A stretch of 63,983 nucleotides of DNA, the filler included, from Octopus bimaculoides (lineage: Eukaryota): assembly GCF_001194135.2 (NCBI RefSeq). It is 6 parts of 6 records of this genome, joined end to end, with 100 filler letters (N's around TTAATTAATTAA, not from the genome) between each part and the next. Parts side by side here need not be neighbours in the genome. Positions count along the whole stretch, not along the records: positions 1 to 17,313 come from NW_026413522.1; 5 more parts are not named here. One strand, given 5' to 3'. Positions within the stretch are counted from its first letter, which is position 1; each line of letters starts with the position of its first letter. A model generated the notes under the pieces. The model was not told where the DNA came from. It saw only the letters and a program-made list of their open reading frames with translations, and made no database searches. A program made the translations under genes and the position numbers. Of the stretch, positions 1-13,430 are shown piece after piece.

Positions 1-33
<33 letters not shown>

Positions 34-206
34 CTTAAGCTTCACATAAGGGGTGGGGAAGATGTCGAAGGAGTACACACGATCGTCTATGGTTAGGAGA
101 ATGGCTAGCCCTTTCACTAGTAAGCCTCGGTGGTGTTTCTGTCGTGGTATGTAGTGCTGGCTTGATTGCATGTATTCATATACATATTTAGCACATACAC
201 ATATGC

Positions 207-251
<45 letters not shown>

Positions 252-943
252 GACACATACATATAGTTCGATAGAAAGATAGATAGATATGTAGGTAGGT
301 ATATAGGTAGGTTGGTAAGTATACTGGTAGGTAAATCGATAGATAGATAAATAGACACAGACCTTCAGACAGAGAGACATATATTTATTCACACGTATAT
401 GTCGATATATGAATGGGGATGTTATACGTATATATATATATATGTATATAAATATATATATATATATAGGTATGTATATAGACACTTATGTCAATATTCC
501 CATAAGTAGTTATATATGTGAGCGTGTTTCTGTGTGTCTGTGTGTTTGTGTGTGTTGATATGAATATATACATGTAGTCTACTTTCATGTTGCCTTTCAA
601 CTCGGTCGATAACACGACGGACACTTTCTAACAGGTTAAACAATAGGATATATAATGCATACTTTCCAATGGAACATTTCTTTCCAGACGGACCGAGGCA
701 ATGAAAAGTTGTGTGACCATCTACAGCTATTGAGCAGATATGCAGATGCAAATACCGACATTATTTTTTCACGTTTCTCGCCCACAAATTCTATTGATTG
801 TGCATAAAAATTTGAATTTCACAAAGGATGTTTATATATAAATGTATGTGTGCATCAACTCCCACGTGTCTTTGCATATATAACCATCCGCACAAATAAA
901 TAAATAAATAAATATATATATATATAAGAAGGAAGGAAACAAA

Positions 944-988
944 GGACCACTGATGAGGTCACAGAAGTGTGACGAAAGAACTCTGGCC
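944..988 (+). ncRNA. Putative minimal type-I hammerhead ribozyme
   Basis: GGACCA CUGAUGA g GUCAC-AGAAGU-GUGAC GAAA G-AA-C UC UGGCC. The core is intact, with a 5-bp stem II, a 2-bp stem III, a CUC triplet, and stem I GG(A)CCA/UGGCC with one bulge. Confidence 0.55.
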
Positions 989-1139
989 GAAATAAGATTA
1001 AGATTAATGTAATATAAAGCTGAAGCAAATTAACACCAAATATACAGTGCGTGTGTTTTTATTGGCTAAACTGGCAATATGACCATCCCCAAGTACAACA
1101 ACATATATATATATATATTTATAATGTATATGCGTCTTC

Positions 1140-1590
1140 CATTTTTTAATTATTAGAAATTTTCCACTTAGGAAGGAGACAGATTCCAACAAAGATACAA
1201 GGCTCCATCTTTGAGATGTAGTTCACACAGACAAATTCACATTTGGAACTTGAGAAAAGTCCTGCATATTTCTACTGTTCTACTCACAGATTGCACTTTT
1301 AATGAACGAATTACCCGGTCAATTTCTCTTTCTGGAAACCCCACTCTAACCAAATTATCCTTTAAACATTTACTAACAAAACCTAGTGCTCCAATTATTA
1401 TTGGTATGAATATTATGAATTCATAGTCTGGATATAGAAGCTGGAGGTTTCGAAGAAGTTGTCCAGAGATATCATCTTTTTCTTTGATTTTCAAAAAGAT
1501 ATTTATATCTGTAGGGTAACTGACCACTATGATGGTACATACATTTTCCTCTCTGTCCCAAACAATATCCGGGCATTTATGTTTACATTT
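1140..1590 (-). mobile_element. 3' fragment of an RLE-clade non-LTR retrotransposon, related to the 60681-62210 element
   Basis: ORF 1237-1653 contains CKHKCPDIVWDREENVCTIIVVSYPTDINIFLKIKEK...LLRNLQLLYPDYEF..IPIIIGALGFVSKCL...TVEICRTFLKF, a PD-(D/E)xK-type endonuclease C-terminus. Confidence 0.85.
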
Positions 1591-1750
1591 ATATATACAT
1601 TCATATGTATGGATATACATGTACACCAGTAGTGTGTGTGCGCGCGCACACACACAAGATCAGGACAAATATCCGTCGAATGTAAATAATGTACATAATT
1701 CCTCATCTCTTAAATATAGATGTGTGTCTCAATGCTAGACACACACACAC

Positions 1751-1801
<51 letters not shown>

Positions 1802-1979
1802 CATATATATNNNNNNNNNNNNNNNNNNNNNNNNNNNNNNNNNNNNNNNNNNNNNNNNNNNNNNNNNNNNNNNNNNNNNNNNNNNNNNNNNNNNNNNNNN
1901 NNNNNNNNNNNNNNNNNNNNNNNNNNNNNNNNNNNNNNNNNNNNNNNNNNNNNNNNNNNNNNNNNNNNNNNNNNNNNNN

Positions 1980-2036
<57 letters not shown>

Positions 2037-2351
2037 CGGAGCATGTCCATGTTTCTACTGTGTATCTTCGATCACGCCTCTTTCGAATTCTTGTTTTTTG
2101 CATTAGTAAACATTAGTATAACACATACAAACTCGAGGAACACGCAAAGCTCAGAACATCTCAATGCCACGCATATACATTTGAATATTTACAGAGGTGA
2201 GCATTATGTTTCCGATATTTAGAATACTAAATGTACTGTCTTCGCTTTTCTTTCAAACAGTCAAACCTAACACTTTATACGTATCCATATATATATTTAT
2301 ACGTATATATGTGTATACCTATGTGAATATATATATATATATATATATACA

Positions 2352-2633
2352 TGAAGACGCATGTCTCAATGGTTAGAGCGTCGAGCTTACGATTGTGAGG
2401 TTGTGAGTTCGAATCCCGGACTGGGCTGCGCGTTGTTTTCTATGAGCAAGACACTTTCTTTCACGTTGCTCCAGTTAACTTAGCTGTAGAAATGAGTTGC
2501 GACGTCACAGGTGCCAAGCTGGTATGCCCTGGCGACTGCTGGTCTTCCATAAACAACTTTGCCCGGACTTGTGCCTCGTAGGGTAACTTTGTCGGGGCAA
2601 TCCCATGGTCAGTCATGACCGAGGGGGAGTCTC
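2352..2633 (+). mobile_element. tRNA-derived SINE family B with internal deletion
   Basis: A box tggttagagcg and B box gagttcgaatccc. Body and tail (ggtcttccataaacaac...caatcccatggtcagtcat) are shared with 37950-38290; about 70 bp present in that copy are missing here. Confidence 0.85.
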
Positions 2634-3002
2634 ATATATATATATATATATATATACCTGTACGCACACATATGTATGTATATATACACAACAACTCATC
2701 AACATGTGTAGCATAAGCACAAGTGTTTGTAGAATCATGTTACCTCCATTTTCAGTATTTATATATATTTATGCATGCTTACAATATTTTTACAAATAAA
2801 CACAACCGTATTTTAATATCGCAAATGTAATACTGAAATATAGAAAATTATCATATTATAAAATTATTTATAATTTCACTTCGTTTCATCTCTCCTATCA
2901 AGGTAATACGTCTCTCTGGCATTGATCTTACCTTAATTTATTAGCCAATTTCCATAGAATTTCACTAAATTTATTCTGACATCTATCAATTTGCCCGTAC
3001 AT

Positions 3003-3040
<38 letters not shown>

Positions 3041-3201
3041 GAGTCTGTGCGTGTCCTGGGTTGGTATGTAGGTGTGTGTGTATTGGTGTGTATAAATATA
3101 ACTATGCACACGTACTTTTGAGACATATTCTTATGCATTTATGCGTATATTGAGCGAAATGGCTACACTCGCTTCTGCATATATACAAATACATATTTAC
3201 A

Positions 3202-3261
<60 letters not shown>

Positions 3262-5624
3262 TGTGGGGAAGACACTCTTATATGTTTGAAAGAATATATG
3301 TGTATTTATCTCTGTGTGTTAGTGTGTGTTCATGCGTACACATATGCTTTTGTATATGCCTGTGTGTATTTTCTCTCTTCTGCATATATGGATGCATTCA
3401 TTCATGCATGTATATATGCGTATATAATTGTATGCATAAACATATGTGTATATGTATGTATAAAAGTTTGAATATGTATCCAGTTCTTCTTTTAACTGAA
3501 AGCTAAACCATCTCCACAATTTTTATCGCTTCATCTTATGAATTTGTGATATAATCAGAGAAGAAGACAAAAGTCCTGAATGTATAGATACTCGGAGAAA
3601 TGAGCCATAACTTTTACAGTGATGTGTGTATATATTAATATATGGAGTGTCAGAACAGAATATTGCTAAATGTTTAATGAAATAAGCGTCGATAAAAAAA
3701 AGCGAATTATGTGCAACTTTATTCTAAATTTATATTAACAATATTAACACATTGTAAGAAAGAGACAGAAAAAAAATCTGTAATATTATTGAATATTTTT
3801 TTCTTTGAGATATGAAGTATTTTCTTTTATCAGATATATATATCATAGTACAAAAGTGAAAATGTTGGATGGTGAATTTTGTGTTGTAATTATATTTTTC
3901 TAACGTTTATGCAACCGAAATTCTTATCGACTCTCATTTTCTGTTCATTCATCTTCCCACATATATGTTAATCGTACACTCAAATATTATGCCAGCAGAA
4001 GAGTAGCTATTTGAGAACACATATCCTATCATATTCATTGTAGTATATTGTTATTTACATAAATAAGGTGCTGCCGCTGAAAAGGAAATTTTATCTATTA
4101 GTATTTTCTCACTAGGCTCTTCAGTATATATATATATATATATAAAATTTAGATTCAAGGTAAATATGGTACTTAAATTTAGGCACCAGAATAAAGTATG
4201 GTATTATCCATCCAATTTCTATATATATATATATATATATATATTTAAAAATTATAACCAGCACTGATATTCCTTATGACGTTTCATATCCGAGACGTCA
4301 GGTGTACTAGCAATGAGATCGATGTAAAGAGGGAAATATATGGGCATATATGCCATATCTTTGAAGTGTTTACCCCTTCACCAGCACCCATCTAAGCCCT
4401 TAATCGTCCACGAACACATTGCTTAAATAGCCACTAAATACACCGGTGTAACGTAATTGGACATACACATTTTACATGTTAATCCCATTGAAATTGCACC
4501 TTAGATATTAAGGACTTGTAGGGACACGGTATTTCGTTGTCCAACCATAATATAATATAAAGAATATTAAATTGCTTGTTTATATCTGACGTCTCGGATT
4601 CGAAACGTAAAGTACACTGCTGACACAGCAGGACATGGTATTGACTTTAAAAAATGTTTAATATACTTTGTAGTGTATTATGTTTGCATAACGAAATACT
4701 GCGTTCCTACAAGTCATAAATATGTGTGTGTCTGTATGTTTCATACCACTTTCTCCATCCAGCAACGAGTTTCGGATACGAGCTTATGTGTTAATATCCA
4801 ATACTCCGTACCCCATCACGCTCTCTTCCACAATGCTCCGCCTACATCGAGTAAAGAAGATTCCTATATTATATGTAGCACTATTAATTCACACTCGTTT
4901 TTTCACTCTTTTTCCATTGTGTATCTCTCCATCAGTTTTCTCTACTCATTTCTTTCTATAGATCAGCGTAAACTCACAACGTGAGAGACGTCTTACATTT
5001 TATGTGAGCGTCAAACTAATATACTTTTTTTCTTGTTTCATATGTCCTTGTTTGTTGGAATTTTCTCCTACATTTTCAAACCATACATGTACGTGTGTCT
5101 GTGTCTGTTTGTAGGTTCGTATCTGTAAGTTCGTTTATGTATGTGTATGCATGTATGCCTGAGTACAATATGGGTGTATGCATATATACAGGGTGGGCGT
5201 ACAGTCTAGATACATTGGCGAAAAAATATATTTTCAATAATTTTATTCAGATAGATTAAAAGATAATATTTTCAACATAACGTCCGCAATTATTTTCATG
5301 TGCTTTGCAAGTTTCTTATGAACTTGATGCAGAAACTCCATATTTCCATCAATTTAGTGAATTCATATCCGTAGTATTCATTACATAGGTCTTTCTCAGT
5401 CAGTGATAGACATCTGATGAAGGAAGAAAAGACAAAAGATATATTAGAGACGTTTCACATGAATCCAGGATTTGTCATCATACTCTCTCTTTCTCTCACT
5501 ACTCTCTCTTTCTATCTTTCTCTCTCTCTCTCTCTCTCTCTGAAACAAGTAAAAGAATAAAATGAAAGAATATATACAGTCATTTGATCACCTTCAGTTG
5601 AACAAATGAATCCCAAAACTTACC

Positions 5625-6410
5625 GCTCCTCTGGTCCACAGTTTCTTCCCTAACACCACCTCCCAACCTGGTCCGTTCACCCGATCAAGTCCACGCTGCC
5701 ACACGTGCCGAAACCTCTCCAACATCACCATTCTCACAGACACGCATAATCGTCCCTATCATATCACCGACTCCTTTAGATGCACTTCTAGTAACGTCAT
5801 TCACTCAATTTTCTGCTCTTCTCTGAACATCGGTCAAACGGAACACCGATTGGCTGACCTGTTCGCGGAGTACTTCAAAGACAGCAAACTCAACAATGAC
5901 ACCCCGGTCTCCCGTTATTTCCGCTCTACAGGCCATTCAATACCACACATGTCTGTGTTCGGATCTTCTTTGCACATCCGGGCTCCCATCTTCGCTGTGA
6001 ACGGGATTTAATCTTCTCTCTTCGCTACTTTGCGTCACATGGGCTCAAATCCCCTCCTCTCTTCCTCTGACCTATTTTCTCTCTTCATTGATACACCCTC
6101 TACCCAAACCCACAGACCCCATTCCTATACACACCACCTCTTCCCTCACATCCTCACCAACATTCCACACCCCATCTCCACATACACATCTCCCTTTCTT
6201 TCTACTTCTCTTTCAAACCTTTTTCTCTCCCAACAGGTCACCATACTTGACCGCTAAATCAATTTTTTTTTAAAGTTTCTGTTCTGTTGAAAAGCGCATG
6301 CTCGAAACGCAAAATACTTTGTCACTTTCCCGAGCGTCTAACTAATAAACATGCTTGTTGTGTTATACACCTGTCGTCGTCTTTTGTTTTTCTGTAAATT
6401 TGAACTATAT
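5625..6410 (+). mobile_element. Penelope-like element 3' fragment: degraded GIY-YIG endonuclease plus downstream pseudo-LTR region with a hammerhead-like motif
   Basis: PRCHTC..PYHITDSFRCTSSNVIHSIFCS..LNIGQTEHRLADLFAEYFKD...TPVSRYF...CERDLIFSLRYFASHGLN matches the PLE GIY-YIG pattern (CxxC; C.S.NVIY.I.C; YIGQT.R.L..RF.EH; E..LI..L....PHGLN). A pyrimidine-rich tract follows, then a CTGTTGA...GAAACG motif at 6284-6309. Confidence 0.85.
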
Positions 6411-7278
6411 ATATATGTATATATATATCAGTCGCAACTCCGACATTCGGGCTGTTCGGGCTTAGTCCGAGTATGTTTGCAAGCTGATTTAATTTCTGCC
6501 AACACTGACTTCAAATATGTAATTGCAGTCAGTAATTCGGGCTCCTTTTATTGAGCCTGGTCGCACTTTAATTTCGTTCAGCGTCTGACGGTCGTCTTAG
6601 AGGCACCCTATGTCAAAAACTATCATTCGTACAGACGTTCTCTCGACATCATTCAATCACGCTTGACTCGGGCTCAGAAGTTAAAGCACGAATCGTTTTC
6701 CATAATCGCAAAAATTAAAAGTAAATTAAATTCAATATTTTCTTTGTAATCATGAGTAAACCTAACCTCGCGTGAGTGTATGCTCACTTTTTTGCTAATG
6801 CTTCTATGAGCGTGTGTACTCGTGTGTACTCGTGCCATGCAATTTGAACGAGGGTATTTATACATCCATATCTGTTAACGGTTATCTTCAATACTTTTCT
6901 CGCTGCATTAAGTGTTCGTTTCTCTTTCGGTCTTCTACAATTCTATTTTTGGATCTTCTAGATATATGAAGAATTTTCCTCCGTCTGGCTGTTTTTCTTT
7001 CTACAAAACAGAAAGTTGCATTGTGGAACAGTCATCTTAACGAGTTTTTTTTTCATTTATTTATTACCCGACGAGATACGTCTGCACCACCGGATACTCC
7101 TGAAACAGTTTTTGTGTGTCCCACAAGAGGAATCGATGCTAGATGTGTCGAAGCGATTGTTGTGATTAATAATACATTCTTTCATATGTTATATATATAC
7201 ATATATATATATATATTTGGTTAATGAGAATGTGTTAGCGGTATGGCACCAGGTATATAACATACGATTTACTACCTA

Positions 7279-7312
<34 letters not shown>

Positions 7313-7322
7313 NNNNNNNNNN

Positions 7323-7361
<39 letters not shown>

Positions 7362-7553
7362 GTGTATACATACATATGTGTGTGCTGTGTGCGTAAATAT
7401 GGGCATAAATTATATACTTATAATTATCCCTGGATTTCTCACCAATTTTGCCATAATTATCCGCAGTTTGAAAACCTTCCGTAGATTTAAAATCGACATT
7501 CCAAACAAATGCATTTTTTTTCTTTTAAATTCAGTGTAATTCTAATATATATA

Positions 7554-7590
<37 letters not shown>

Positions 7591-7688
7591 CAAAAACACA
7601 ATAACAAAAGAACAAAAAAAAACAACAAAGTGAGGACGTGATATGGATAGTATTATTGGACGCTCAGGAAAGGAAAGAGAGAGTGTAT

Positions 7689-7715
7689 GACGTTTCGGGC
7701 GTAGCCCTTCGTCGG
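7689..7715 (-). ncRNA. Degenerate hammerhead-like motif (U4C, stem I not paired)
   Basis: CCGACGA A GGGC-UAC-GCCC GAAA CG UC. Stem II and the GAAACGUC segment are perfect, but the flanks do not pair. Confidence 0.35.
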
Positions 7716-10629
7716 AAAGATGGAAAGTTCGGAGAATGGAAGAACGGAGAAATAAATGCAACCCTCCCAACTCATTATAATGCTTCCTAAAACGTCACTA
7801 ATTATATCTCGAGAGCAAAAACCTATAATTTTGTTATCTTGATAATTATATCCTTTCTGATATAAGCAATACAAATAAAGCCATACAAATAAAGTTAATC
7901 AATTACCATTTTCTAAAAAAGAACAATAATCGATCGAGTTATATGCATGAATTGCACAGTTCAAAATTATCCTATAACTTGACAGCCGTTTCTAAGTTGA
8001 TTGTGAGAACATCCATTCTAAGAAATTAAATGAAATTATTTTAATAGAAAAGGAATTTGTAATTGACCTTTAAACCATCATTTACACACACGCACACGCG
8101 CGCGCGCGTATATATGTATGACCGAAAATACAAAACACCACACATTTCGTACATGTAAAATATTACTTCAGAAATCGATAGATTAAAATTTAAGATTCTG
8201 AAAGTTGTATTGTGCTGAACTTCCCTCTAATTTGTCCGACAAAAATCTATCGTTATAGCCATGTATTACTCTAGCTGTGTGTGTGTGTGTGTATAGAGTT
8301 ATATTCATGTCTACATTCATATTGAGTATATATTCATTAAATATGAATTAAATACGCACATTATGATAGTCTTTCTCTCTCACACACGCGCACACACACA
8401 TTTGAACAGTATATATGTTGAGAGAAGCATATGTTGACGCCTGATCTTTTACAAATAATCATTTAGAAGTATGTCCGCGTATCTTCCTGTGTTCTAACAT
8501 GTTAATATTTTTGCATATGCTTTTATCGACTCTTTTGCTTTATTCAATAGATTTGGATATAAATGTATGCTTACAAATATATATATATATATACATACAT
8601 ATAAATATAAATATATCGACAACAAAATTTAGTCATACATAGTCAGATCTCACAATACTCATAACTTGTGTATGTAAAATATTCATGTTAGTGTGTATAT
8701 TTTAGACATATTTGAATGTACATTGCTATTATCAGGATAACTACGTTGAAGTATGATTACTGAGCAAAGAACTTATGTGAAAGATTAAAATTTAAATTCA
8801 GTACACAAGAGAATATTATTGTTGAATATTAAATGAAATTCGAATCGGATAAAAACATATGAAAAGTCGCAGATCTTTTGAAAGTCAAAGCATTTTACCA
8901 CTTAACAGCAAACACGCATCACTCACATACACACGCACGCGTGCGTACACACACACACACGCATACACCCCCAGCCCCACCCACACACACATATATATAT
9001 ATGAGTGTTGCTATGCAAGTATGTATGTACATTCAATCAACAATAATAAAACACAATATCGCAAGAGCTGGAATATTGAGCTATTTAAATCGATGGCTAC
9101 CAATCTTTAAAACATTGTTCTTCTTATATATTTATTATTTAGGTTTGAATTGACAGTTTAATTATTATCATCTTCCTCATTGTCAATGTTGTTGGAGTTA
9201 CTATGGTTGGTATTGCTACAATAATTATCATCATTATTATTGTTATTAATATTAATAATTCTATATGTTATAATCGATTTTAAACTATTTCACCTGAAGT
9301 TCTATTTCCTTTGAGAAAATAATTCGAATTAATCAGCTCACATAGAATGGGTGAACAAAATAGAAATGATAATATATTGAAGTAACGGGTGTTATTGATT
9401 TGCGATTTATCAATAAGCTTTCAGCGTTTCAAATTGAATATTAAAAAAAAAAACGAATTGTATTGATGTATTAGATTAATCGATTAACGGAAGATTGATT
9501 TATATTTTTCCTTACAAGGCTCATGTTCAAAACATTTTTCTTGCAAGTAGATAGTGTCAATTACGTTTTCAGTGACACGTTATAAAGGCTCCTATTAAAT
9601 TAGTAAAGTTGCTTTCTGATCATTAAAGGTTAAGTAAGTTTAGAATACTGACATTTATGGCGGCATGTCTGTTACAGAATTGCAAAGTGGCAGAAATATT
9701 TAGTATTTTCATAGCGTTAATAGATATTAATGTTTGGCTCTGTCAAACTTCGAAAACTATATATATATATGACGATTTTTGAAAAATGTTTTCGCTTTAA
9801 GTCGTGCAAATGGAGTCACTAATATCCTCAACTCTATGTTCTATGAGCTGTAGAAGTCCGAAATAAAATTACCATTATGTAAGTACATGAAAATTCAGTG
9901 AAGCCCAAAAACTGTTTGCGACTCGTTAGAAGACAATGAGACAGGATGAACCAAGACATGACTGAAACAAAAAGTGCAAAATTACCAGCGTTGAAATGGA
10001 TGAAACATCAAGAAAACAAGAATCAGAAAGTTAGCAAAAACATCATTTAATCCAATGAATCTCAGAATTTGTAGTTCGCTATCTCATTCAACAAAGGGCG
10101 TTTGACGAACACCATTTCTCATATTCTATACACATTCAGATTGTTTTTATTAAACAGAGACTCATTATGCCAAATATCTTTTATCCGTATTTTGTTAATG
10201 TGTCCCATTTAGAATGTGATGCGTCTGAAGTATGTTCATGGTTTATTACGGTCTACATTCATCTGTTTTATGAAAACAATTAAAAACAGTTGGGAAATGA
10301 TTCACTGGAGTTATTTTGTCACCTAGTACGTTATCGTTATGTCCCAAATCGCTAAAAACATTAATAAACAATATCATATCCGTATTTAAATTACCACAAA
10401 ATTTTTATGATGCGCTTAAAATTTTCACTGTACTTGAGTTAAATATTATAATTCTTCAACAAATCAATACAGATCCCAATACCCAGTGTCATTTGATATT
10501 TCCACCTGATCCCAGCCTACATGAAGGCTCTATGAACCAATGTTTCACAATATCCCTACCCACAGGTTTCTTTGCCATCTGTACCATGTTTATTCTAGAG
10601 CCTTTAGTTGCTGACGACATGAAAAAGCG

Positions 10630-11510
10630 TACACAGACATAACAGAAGTAAACAGACACCCTATAAAATAACATTTTGTTTATTCTAACCTGTAAAGGTT
10701 TATAATTTATATTAATGGACATTTTTATGTTTTTATGTATAAAAGGATCTTTGGAACTTTCTTAATTTCAAAGGGAACGTATTGTGAGTCATTCTGAAAG
10801 TAGACATAGTCAGCAAAAAATCGCAGAAAACATTGACATTGGGATCCCGCTTTCTATAGTTAATAGAGTGATTCTGCAATTCACCACAGAGGGAAAGGAG
10901 TCTACATTACCTCGCCCAGCTCAGCCAAGGCCCTCTGACAGGACCCTTTGTTAAGAGAAGTGTGGAGGATAATCCTTGTTGCAAGGTCTCTGACATAGAA
11001 GAACATGTTGATGTCAGCTGTTAGGTATCTCCACAAACTATATAACTGTATCTATATTGCAGAAAGGACTCTTTCCAATATTCTCCAGCGGAGAAATAAT
11101 TAAAGAAGACGATTTATTCATGGAAGATGGGGCTCCTTCTCACAAGGCTAAACTGACCTAAGATTTGTTTGATGAGAATGGCCTCAAAAGGTTTCTATGG
11201 CCAATAGCCAAGGCAATCACCAGATATGAACCCTATCGAATACCTCTGGGACCAGCTGGACAGGAAAGGTGATACAAAAGAACAGCAAAGCATCTTCAAA
11301 GCCAGATCTTTTGAGATTACTGCATGAAACTTGGCAAGGAATTCCGCAAGAGAATATTTATCTAATCAGTAACGTGCCTAAGAGATCTCTTGCATTCAAA
11401 AATGCAATTAAGATATAGGAATTAATAAATAATTAGAATGTATAATTTCAGATTTAAATAAATTTTAATGATTATGAATTTGTCTATTTACTTCTGTCAT
11501 GTCTGTCAAG
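10630..11510 (+). mobile_element. Internally deleted Tc1-family transposon relic
   Basis: N-terminal HTH ELS*FQRERIV...[14 protein letters not shown]...PR..PR, and C-terminal FMEDGAPSH...WP..QSPDMNPIEYLWDQLDR (the D34E region). An inverted repeat joins 10633-10658 and 11481-11506 with 24/26 identity. Confidence 0.85.
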
Positions 11511-12545
11511 TACAGTCCGTCATTTTATTCATAAACCAAAAATCTTGTCTGTCGCTAAGTCATACTCCATTAGATTTGGTGGATGAATGCGAAAAAATAG
11601 TAACATTGACAGTATGTGGGAGGGGAGGAAAGGTCTTGATTTATCGTTGGCGTGAAACTTATTTGGTTTTTATTTCTTGCAGTCCCAACAAATTCCTAGA
11701 CGCTGAATTATTGGCCGAGACCTTATTGAATTATTTTTTTTTATTCCCGCCTATCTTGATTAAATATGATTCAATAATATAGTTATTCAATAAATCCATT
11801 ATACGATTTCCTAACAAATATTAGCCTTGTGATATGACTACAGATCGCATTACATACGTCTGTATTTTAACACATTTCTTTTATATTTTGCTTATGTTTA
11901 ATCTATATCTATCCAGTCATTTTTGTATATAATATTTATCAATTTCCTATTAGTGATTTTTTTCTACCACATCATACTTTTCAAAGAAAATATTTTAGGT
12001 AGTACTATTGATTTGTTTACACACAGTCGATTTCGCATCATAAATCGAGGAGAGCTTTATATCCCCTTTAACTGGTACCTATATAACATCAGGACATTTA
12101 TTGATCTCGAAATATTTGAAAGGAAAGGACAAAATCAATAGAATTTAACTCGTAGACTTGGAGGACCAAATATTGAAAGTTTCATGTTTTAAATAAATGA
12201 TTTAAAATATAAACCATTTTTGCTGCAGATGATCTACAGAGGTCGCGTGCTCTGACGATCTACAGACATATTTTCAACACTTTTTCTTTTGTTTATTTAT
12301 GTTTTTTGCATCTCTGTTCTTTACAACCATTAATGTGCATCTGCTTCAGCGATTGATAGATGTTCTGCAAGTAACAAGTCATTATTTTAGGCATACTATA
12401 ATCAGTCGACTAACATGGCCCCAGTAAATTACTGTGGATGACGCTTGTTTTAGTAACGCTAGAAAATGGTTGGACAAGTGCGATTCGAAGTTAGAACATA
12501 TCTGGACGGTACTTAAATATCAGTGACTATCTACTGGTGTTCACG

Positions 12546-12580
<35 letters not shown>

Positions 12581-13182
12581 NNNNNNNNNNNNNNNNNNNN
12601 NNNNNNNNNNNNNNNNNNNNNNNNNNNNNNNNNNNNNNNNNNNNNNNNNNNNNNNNNNNNNNNNNNNNNNNNNNNNNNNNNNNNNNNNNNNNNNNNNNNN
12701 NNNNNNNNNNNNNNNNNNNNNNNNNNNNNNNNNNNNNNNNNNNNNNNNNNNNNNNNNNNNNNNNNNNNNNNNNNNNNNNNNNNNNNNNNNNNNNNNNNNN
12801 NNNNNNNNNNNNNNNNNNNNNNNNNNNNNNNNNNNNNNNNNNNNNNNNNNNNNNNNNNNNNNNNNNNNNNNNNNNNNNNNNNNNNNNNNNNNNNNNNNNN
12901 NNNNNNNNNNNNNNNNNNNNNNNNNNNNNNNNNNNNNNNNNNNNNNNNNNNNNNNNNNNNNNNNNNNNNNNNNNNNNNNNNNNNNNNNNNNNNNNNNNNN
13001 NNNNNNNNNNNNNNNNNNNNNNNNNNNNNNNNNNNNNNNNNNNNNNNNNNNNNNNNNNNNNNNNNNNNNNNNNNNNNNNNNNNNNNNNNNNNNNNNNNNN
13101 NNNNNNNNNNNNNNNNNNNNNNNNNNNNNNNNNNNNNNNNNNNNNNNNNNNNNNNNNNNNNNNNNNNNNNNNNNNNNNNNNN

Positions 13183-13214
<32 letters not shown>

Positions 13215-13227
<13 letters not shown>

Positions 13228-13430
13228 ATGTATCTGTTTGTCCCCGCCCCCAGCATCGCTTGACAACAGATGCTGGTATGTTTAGTTCCACTTAACCTAG
13301 CGGTTCGGCAAAAGAACCCGATAGAACAAGTACTAGGCTTACAAAGAATGCGTCCTAGGGTCTATATGATTCTCCGAAATGCGGTACTACAGCATGGCCG
13401 TAGACAAATGACTGAAACAAGTTAAAGAAT
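13215..13430 (+). mobile_element. SINE family A 3' half (5' half lost in gap)
   Basis: catcgcttgacaac.gatgctgg...gttcggcaaaaga...cagcatggcc..aaatgactgaaacaag. Confidence 0.8.

Noticed and set aside
2352-2420. tRNA gene call for the SINE heads (also 22140-22218, 18828-18882, 54912-54985)
   Set aside because: A/B boxes are present, but there is no complete cloverleaf or terminator, and most continue into repeated SINE bodies.
5412-5460. CTGATGAAGG motif
   Set aside because: There is no stem II and no GAAA at a suitable distance.
6758-6768. AACCTAACCT as a Helentron/HINE signature
   Set aside because: A single short motif, with no subterminal inverted repeats or hairpin identified.
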